A stretch of DNA of 8,485 nucleotides from a virus: UHGV virus genome UHGV-0302546. One strand, given 5' to 3'. The notes beneath the pieces were generated by a model. The model was given only the letters and a program-made list of their open reading frames with translations. It was not told the DNA's origin and made no database searches. Positions within the stretch are counted from its first letter, which is position 1, and the number at the start of each line of letters is the position of its first letter. Below, piece after piece: positions 1 through 8,485 of the stretch. The translations under genes and the position numbers were made by a program.

Positions 1-336
1 AACCAGACGGCAGAAAGCATGCGCCACGGTGAACGAAAACGAGCCAAACTGTGATACCAGTCCGGCAGCCCTGCCCCTGTCAGCGAGAGATAAATCCGTG
101 CAGTTAATTCCGTAAATCACACGGTCAACCTGCGTGTTACGCGGCAATGCGAGCTGTGCAGATAAGGTCCCGACCTCATCACGATACTGGCGGGAAAGCG
201 TGGCAAGGTTGCGGGTGGCAACATCGCGCTCAGTCCGAAAATGCTCACGTTCGGGCAGCGTCAGGCAGGGACGACCAAGGGCAACGGATGCCGCGTCGAT
301 GGCGTTATACGCTGTAAGGATGGCTGATTCAGTCAT
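1..336 (-). CDS. N-terminal 112 codons of a protein transcribed divergently from the RHH-like genes; probably the N-terminus of the replication initiator (continues past window start)
   Basis: Minus-strand frame from ATG at 336..334 is open to position 1 with no stop (checked codon by codon) and has coding-like GC-rich composition. The plus-strand ORF 134..382 is its shadow. No Shine-Dalgarno upstream, so start is uncertain (alternative GTG at 357). Frame is contiguous with the replication gene at 8485 if the sequence is circular or tandem. Confidence 0.5.
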   Translation of the reverse strand, partial: MTESAILTAYNAIDAASVALGRPCLTLPEREHFRTERDVATRNLATLSRQYRDEVGTLSAQLALPRNTQVDRVIYGINCTDLSLADRGRAAGLVSQFGSFSFTVAHAFCRLV

Positions 337-360
337 AAAAACGAATAAAAAACGCACTGA

Positions 361-437
361 TGTTAAAGTGTTAACAGGTTAACACTCATAATTTTTATGG
401 GTCAAGTGAAAATGTTGTCTTGTTAAACTGTTAACAG
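361..437. promoter_or_regulatory. Divergent promoter/operator region with iterated GTTAAM hexamers
   Basis: GTTAAA/GTTAAC hexamers at 362, 370, 378 and again at 422, 430, each spaced 8 bp. 368..385 GTGTTAACAGGTTAACAC is a 16/18 palindrome. Lies between the divergent ORFs starting at 336 (-) and 451 (+). Candidate -10 CATAAT at 387..392 (+) and -35 TTGACC at 405..400 (-); exact promoters not resolved. Confidence 0.5.
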
Positions 438-450
438 CGGAGATGAACGA

Positions 451-633
451 ATGAAAAGAAAGGCAATAGCAATTACAGAATCAACATATCTGGATATTAC
501 TAGGATAGCCCTTGAGATAAGCCAAAAAACAGGGCAAATAGTTACATGGTCGGAAGTTGTACACTTTATGATAAAAAACTACTTAAACGACGCAAAACAA
601 GACATGATCCACCAAAGAAACCAAAAAAAATAA
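451..633 (+). CDS. Small (60 aa) putative ribbon-helix-helix DNA-binding protein (candidate phage repressor)
   Basis: ATG at 451 with GGAG at 439..442 (8-nt spacer). Sequence shows a predicted N-terminal beta-strand (AIAITE), helix, K-T-G turn, then helix TWSEVVHFMIKNYL, the RHH (Arc/CopG/MetJ-like) pattern. Paralogous to the 705..917 ORF. Confidence 0.6.
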   Translation: MKRKAIAITESTYLDITRIALEISQKTGQIVTWSEVVHFMIKNYLNDAKQDMIHQRNQKK

Positions 634-684
634 CATAGTAGTTACCTATCGATACGAAGATTCCTAAGAAGCAATATATTGACA
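619..684 (+). repeat. Direct repeat copy A (about 60 bp) spanning the stop codon of ORF 451..633
   Basis: taacatagtagttacctatcgatacgaagattcctaagaagcaatat (631..677) matches 1160..1205 at about 90%, with an identical 21-bp core agttacctatcgatacgaagatt... Contains the 8-bp palindrome TATCGATA. The preceding A-rich stretch is also shared. Confidence 0.7.
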
Positions 685-704
685 GGACATAGAGGTAAAC
701 TGTG

Positions 705-917
705 ATGAAAAAAGAAACAAAGCGCGGAGACACAACTGTAAGAATCAACGAAGACAGAAAATTGGAGCTAAAACGAAGAGTGCTAGAAATCGGCAATAAG
801 ACCGGTGAGATACTAAAACCATCTGAAATAGTTAATCACTTAATAGACAATTACTTAGATGAGGCCGTGAAAGATTTAATAAGCAGAGAAGAACTTAAGA
901 AAAAAAGAGCAATGTGA
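705..917 (+). CDS. Small (70 aa) putative ribbon-helix-helix DNA-binding protein, paralog of ORF 451..633
   Basis: ATG at 705 (GTG at 702 also in frame) with AGAGG at 691..695. TVRINEDRKLELKRRVLEIGNKTGEILKPSEIVNHLIDNYL aligns with ISQKTGQIVTWSEVVHFMIKNYL of ORF1 (about 15/26 identical in the helix-turn-helix B segment). Confidence 0.6.
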   Translation: MKKETKRGDTTVRINEDRKLELKRRVLEIGNKTGEILKPSEIVNHLIDNYLDEAVKDLISREELKKKRAM

Positions 918-973
918 TTCCTTTCCCGGCATCGAACAGACGGGCTGACAAAGATCAAACAGAGGTAGTAAAA

Positions 974-1162
974 ATGCCAACAAAGCACATAAACGATGTT
1001 TTATGGAGAAAGGTAGAGAAAGAAACTGTAAAAGTGGTAACAACACTGGCAATACCAGTAAAAGATACCAAAGTTTTAGAATGGATAATCGCAAAAGGAC
1101 TGGAGTCTATAACAGAAGATGACTACAGGAAATTTGCAAAGACGGATGCAACAAAAAAATAA
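974..1162 (+). CDS. Small (62 aa) protein, possibly a third divergent RHH-like paralog
   Basis: ATG at 974 with AGAGG at 961..965 (8-nt spacer). The tracked start at 914 is a GTG overlapping the previous stop and is less likely. Ends in ..KK-stop followed by repeat copy B, exactly as ORF1 ends before copy A. RHH-like pattern (..IPVKDTKVLEWIIAKGL) is weak. Confidence 0.45.
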   Translation: MPTKHINDVLWRKVEKETVKVVTTLAIPVKDTKVLEWIIAKGLESITEDDYRKFAKTDATKK

Positions 1163-1212
1163 CATTATAGTTACCTATCGATACGAAGATTGCTAGAAGC
1201 AATATGCAGACA
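1149..1212 (+). repeat. Direct repeat copy B (about 60 bp) spanning the stop codon of ORF 974..1162
   Basis: taacattatagttacctatcgatacgaagattgctagaagcaatat (1160..1205) matches copy A; the two diverge after ..agaagcaatat. Confidence 0.7.
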
Positions 1213-1359
1213 ACCAGTGACTTAATTCTTGACCTGCTGATAAAGCATTTTGTTGTTGGCAGCATCACAGGCATGACAATATTCAGCCTGATAACGCTTG
1301 TCCCACCGTTGGTGATGACCATACACAACAAACTAAGTAAGGACACTGAAATCCTTTAA
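1204..1359 (+). CDS. Possible small (51 aa) hydrophobic membrane peptide; could be non-coding
   Basis: ATG at 1204 created at the 3' edge of repeat copy B, open to TAA at 1357..1359. Translation MQTTSDLILDLLIKHFVVGSITGMTIFSLITLVPPLVMTIHNKLSKDTEIL has one predicted TM segment. Only a weak SD (GAAG, 4-nt spacer). Below the 60-aa cut-off of the ORF track. Confidence 0.2.
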   Translation: MQTTSDLILDLLIKHFVVGSITGMTIFSLITLVPPLVMTIHNKLSKDTEIL

Positions 1360-1364
1360 GGTTC

Positions 1365-1458
1365 AGTGCGCACAATGACGTTATGTATAAAAAGGCCGCT
1401 GCGGTGGAGAGTATCGCAGCGGCCTTTTCAACATAACGCGTGTCACATTATGCGCACT
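1365..1458. other. Candidate XerCD-dependent attP: two inverted dif-like sites flanking a GC hairpin
   Basis: Site 1 (+, 1365..1391): AGTGCGCACAA-TGACG-TTATGTATAAA. Site 2 (-, 1458..1426): AGTGCGCATAA-TGTGACACGCG-TTATGTTGAAA. Compared with E. coli dif GGTGCGCATAA-TGTATA-TTATGTTAAAT, site 2 shares an exact 13-nt run GTGCGCATAATGT and a 9/11 XerD-arm. The arms of the two sites are mutually complementary, so a single strand can fold into a long hairpin with an asymmetric internal bubble. Confidence 0.5.
1394..1424. terminator. Perfect 9-bp GC stem-loop flanked by A5 and T4: possible bidirectional rho-independent terminator and tip of the attP hairpin
   Basis: GGCCGCTGC (1394..1402), 13-nt loop, GCAGCGGCC (1416..1424). 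T-tract follows on the plus strand (1425..1428) and on the minus strand (complement of 1389..1393). Sits 3' of gIV (-) and 3' of the plus-strand small-gene cluster. Confidence 0.45.
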
Positions 1459-1511
1459 GACGTTGTGGTGGGTAAACTGAGATGCCGCGTCCTGATAATC
1501 CCGGTCGGCAC

Positions 1512-2759
<1,248 letters not shown>

Positions 2760-2911
2760 TCAGGAAAAACCCGCTTAGCAGGGCGATGGCCCACTGCGTG
2801 AACCATCACCCTCATCAAGGGTATCTTTCCTGAGTGTCGTCAATCACTAAATCGGAACCCACTGGCAGGCCAGCGGGGCCCCACGATTTAGTATTTGACG
2901 AGTTAAACTCT

Positions 2912-4482
<1,571 letters not shown>

Positions 4483-4484
4483 TA

Positions 4485-5747
4485 TTACCCCCTGTCAACA
4501 AAAAGAACACGACGAACAATAAAATAACAACGCAAAGTCGTTAATGCATAAAGAGCATACTCTAATAAAGGCCTGATAATGTCATCATAAACTGAAGCAA
4601 AATCAGATGTGTCAATTGTAAAATACAACCCATTTATTCCCGGAAATTCAATCTGAACTGGCTGAGCACCAGAACGACGCAGTTCACCAGTTAAAAGTAA
4701 TTTATCAAAATTAATATAAAGCCACTCATCAGGAAGAAGGCTGAAAAGCCTGTCAGCAAATGAAGACATATCATCCTGTTCAGGCGTTACAGAATGAATT
4801 AATTCATTTAACTGTGAATCATAAGAACTAACCGCACTGGTAATATCATCCTGAGAAACAGAAAAAGCATTATTTAAATCATTCACTGAAACCCAAATAC
4901 GCTGCAACCAGCCAAGAATATCACCAAGCCAGCCGTCGCCGGAGGAACTGCCACCGCCTGAGCTACCGCCACCGGAACTACCACCACCTGAGCTGCCGCC
5001 GCCTGAGTTACCACCACCGGAACTGCCGCCACCTGAGCTACCACCGCCAGAACTGCCACCACCTGAGCTACCGCCGCCTGAGTTACCACCACCGGAACTG
5101 CCACCACCTGAGCTACCGCCATCCTCCTTATCATCGGAGAATGCAGGATCTACAGCAACTGGTTTCCAGTTGGCAGTACAAACCGTATCATCATCGGGAT
5201 TACAAATAAAAGGATTGCCGGTTGCCTCATAAATACACCCCTGCACATTAACATAACGGGTCCCGTCATCACCTTTATAAACACCAGGAAAAGTCATACC
5301 ATCAAGAACCGGACGAGAAAGACAAATCTCGTCAGTTGGCGGCTTATTATATTCAGGTGTCAAATCCCCCTCACCACCCTGAAAATCAAGAGTGCAGGTT
5401 TCCCACTCTCGCTTCTCTAAATCCCAGACTTTATATGCGGACCACCGGGCATGGACAAAAACCCCAACGGTGGAAGGCGCGCTAGACGGGGCTGATAGCT
5501 TACTACCGCAATAATGAATTATTCCGGAGCACGCGTCGTAACCACCGGAACCACAAAAAATATGACCAGCACCCCTGGCTAATTTAATCGATGCTCCCGC
5601 ATCTGAATAAGCTGTTCTGCAGGATAAACGGCCAAAACACTGAACAAGCTTATCCGGATCTTCTTTCTCCTCAGCAAAAGAAAGCGAAGAAAAGAACAAA
5701 AACAGAAGCGGAATAATAAAACGAATCAAGCAAAACACTCCTGGCAT
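4485..5747 (-). CDS. gIII: pIII-like adsorption (minor coat) protein, 420 aa
   Basis: Signal peptide MPGVFCLIRFIIPLLFLFFSSLSFA, then a Cys-rich N-terminal region. Segment RYVNVQGCIYEATGNPFICNPDDDTVCTANWKPVAV resembles the recalled M13 N1 (TolA-binding) domain RYANYEGCLWNATGVVVCTGDETQCYGTWVPIGL. Followed by a (GGGSS)n linker and a C-terminal membrane-anchor domain similar to the M13 pIII C-terminus. Confidence 0.85.
   Translation of the reverse strand: MPGVFCLIRFIIPLLFLFFSSLSFAEEKEDPDKLVQCFGRLSCRTAYSDAGASIKLARGAGHIFCGSGGYDACSGIIHYCGSKLSAPSSAPSTVGVFVHARWSAYKVWDLEKREWETCTLDFQGGEGDLTPEYNKPPTDEICLSRPVLDGMTFPGVYKGDDGTRYVNVQGCIYEATGNPFICNPDDDTVCTANWKPVAVDPAFSDDKEDGGSSGGGSSGGGNSGGGSSGGGSSGGGSSGGGSSGGGNSGGGSSGGGSSGGGSSGGGSSSGDGWLGDILGWLQRIWVSVNDLNNAFSVSQDDITSAVSSYDSQLNELIHSVTPEQDDMSSFADRLFSLLPDEWLYINFDKLLLTGELRRSGAQPVQIEFPGINGLYFTIDTSDFASVYDDIIRPLLEYALYALTTLRCYFIVRRVLFVDRG
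4938..5120 (-). repeat. Tandem 15-bp (GGGSS/GGGNS) repeats, about 12 units, including a duplicated 75-bp higher-order unit, inside gIII
   Basis: Plus strand shows repeated ccacctgagctaccg-type 15-mers; the stretch gccgcctgagttaccaccaccggaactgcc occurs twice 75 bp apart. Encodes the Gly/Ser linker of pIII. Confidence 0.85.
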
Positions 5748-5751
5748 GATT

Positions 5752-5773
5752 AAAAAAGCGCCCCGAAGGGCGC
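5752..5773 (-). terminator. Rho-independent terminator between the major coat gene and gIII
   Basis: GCGCCC (5758..5763), CGAA loop, GGGCGC (5768..5773), followed on the minus strand by TTTTTT (complement of 5752..5757). Same position as the central terminator after gene VIII in Ff phages. Confidence 0.6.
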
Positions 5774-5789
5774 TGTCGTTAAATAACTA

Positions 5790-6050
<261 letters not shown>

Positions 6051-6056
6051 TTAAAA

Positions 6057-6227
6057 TTAATTAACAGCATCGCTGAACATCCGGCAGACCAGAGTGAAAA
6101 TAACACCAAGGCCAAAGCCAAGAAGCCAGCAGACAATCCAGACATACAGAACGGCCCAGTAAAGCTCTCCGTCCTGTACGCCAGAATTCAGTGCGGATAA
6201 AACACCGCTGAAATCAAATTCAGTCAT
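6057..6227 (-). CDS. Small hydrophobic protein (56 aa from ATG 6227), minor coat pIX/pVII-like by size and position
   Basis: One TM segment (YWAVLYVWIVCWLLGFGLGVIFTLV). The ATG overlaps the stop of the upstream small ORF (ATGACTGA), suggesting translational coupling. No SD. Tracked start at 6260 is a GTG. Confidence 0.45.
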   Translation of the reverse strand: MTEFDFSGVLSALNSGVQDGELYWAVLYVWIVCWLLGFGLGVIFTLVCRMFSDAVN

Positions 6228-6360
6228 AATAACGCTGAACAGTAATGCTTTGTGAGTCACAGGCGCGAATCAGTTTTATTCCGATGCCAAAACCTGAAGA
6301 AAATAAAATCATTGCAGGCGCAGCAAATAAAACAAAGTTCAGAAAATCAGCGTCAGACAT
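6220..6360 (-). CDS. Small hydrophobic protein (46 aa from ATG 6360), minor coat pVII/pIX-like by size and position
   Basis: MSDADFLNFVLFAAPAMILFSSGFGIGIKLIR.. has one TM segment. The ATG lies 4 nt after the stop of the 141-aa ORF. Tracked start at 6414 is a TTG inside the upstream gene. Confidence 0.45.
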   Translation of the reverse strand: MSDADFLNFVLFAAPAMILFSSGFGIGIKLIRACDSQSITVQRYYD

Positions 6361-6364
6361 ATCA

Positions 6365-6790
6365 TCAGCCTTTTTCTTTACCTGCGGGCAGTGCACCCAG
6401 CGGCTGACCGTCAAAACGTTTCATGGAGCCGGAAATAAAACGATACCAGACACCATGACGTTCAGAGCCTGTCGACCATGAGTTAACATCAACCGTGAGA
6501 TAAACAGGTTTGCCCTGCAAATCAGGACATGAATTAAAAAATTTAAAATCCTCCTCAGTACAGGAAAATCGCTCATGCTCCTCACGGCGGACTTTTAATT
6601 TTCGGTCCTCATACGGATAGCCAATAACAATGGCATATTTGGGTTTAGCCTCAGGGTTATAATGAGAACCCGTGGGTTTTAACTCCTCATCATTTATGAC
6701 AGTGGCGTGAATAAAAAATCCCGCCATTGTCATACCTGCAGTAAAACCCTCAGGGGAAGGAAACGGAAAACTGTCGTAAATTTGATTCAT
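6365..6790 (-). CDS. 141-aa protein in the gene V position (candidate ssDNA-binding protein; function unproven)
   Basis: ATG at 6790 with GAGGAG 8 nt upstream. Immediately follows the replication gene and precedes the small coat genes. No recognisable motif; larger than Ff pV (87 aa). Confidence 0.5.
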   Translation of the reverse strand: MNQIYDSFPFPSPEGFTAGMTMAGFFIHATVINDEELKPTGSHYNPEAKPKYAIVIGYPYEDRKLKVRREEHERFSCTEEDFKFFNSCPDLQGKPVYLTVDVNSWSTGSERHGVWYRFISGSMKRFDGQPLGALPAGKEKG

Positions 6791-6820
6791 AAATCAGACT
6801 CCTCAATGTTAAAAATTCAG

Positions 6821-8485
<1,665 letters not shown>

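Noticed and set aside
134-382. Plus-strand ORF (82 aa, Arg-rich)
   Set aside because: Lies antisense to the open, coding-like minus-strand frame 336..1 and crosses the operator region; low-complexity R/S-rich translation. Judged a shadow ORF.
679-684. TTGACA hexamer as a -35 promoter element for ORF 705..917
   Set aside because: A 17-bp spacer would put the -10 on the start codon itself. A weak TATATT at 675..680 is a more plausible -10, but no convincing -35 partners it; left unresolved.
566-1346. Minus-strand ORFs 566..796, 876..1094 and 1107..1346
   Set aside because: Antisense to the plus-strand small genes in an AT-rich region; translations are Leu/Phe/Ile-rich as expected from the reverse strand of A-rich coding sequence; no RBS. 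Likely spurious.
4938-5120. CRISPR array?
   Set aside because: The repeats are contiguous 15-bp units with no spacers and lie in frame inside gIII encoding (GGGSS)n; not a CRISPR.
4883-5134. ORF 4883..5134 (-, 83 aa, AVAQVV-repeat protein)
   Set aside because: Alternative frame through the 15-bp tandem repeats of the gIII linker; an artefact of the repeat.

Overview
The window reads as essentially one complete filamentous-phage (Inoviridae, Ff-like gene order) genome or prophage unit, encoded on the minus strand. Order on the minus strand: rolling-circle replication initiator (6821..8485, runs off the right edge) -> 141-aa protein in the gene V position -> two small overlapping hydrophobic proteins (VII/IX-like) -> major coat protein -> hairpin terminator -> pIII-like adsorption protein with a Gly/Ser tandem-repeat linker -> pVI -> pI/Zot-type assembly ATPase -> pIV secretin. 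Downstream of gIV (1365..1458) two inverted dif-like XerC/XerD-type sites flank a GC hairpin, a candidate XerCD-dependent attP. Between that site and a divergent minus-strand gene (336..1) lies an AT-rich plus-strand accessory module: two clearly paralogous small ribbon-helix-helix-like proteins, a third small protein, a duplicated ~60-bp element, and an operator-like region of GTTAAC repeats. The 336..1 reading frame is in phase with the replication gene at the right edge, consistent with a circular genome or tandem array. The accessory module is the best candidate for something undescribed, but it may simply be this phage's repressor/immunity region. No rRNA, tRNA, CRISPR array, integrase or transposase is visible. 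Homology statements rest on recalled M13/Ff protein sequences and motifs; no database search was run.
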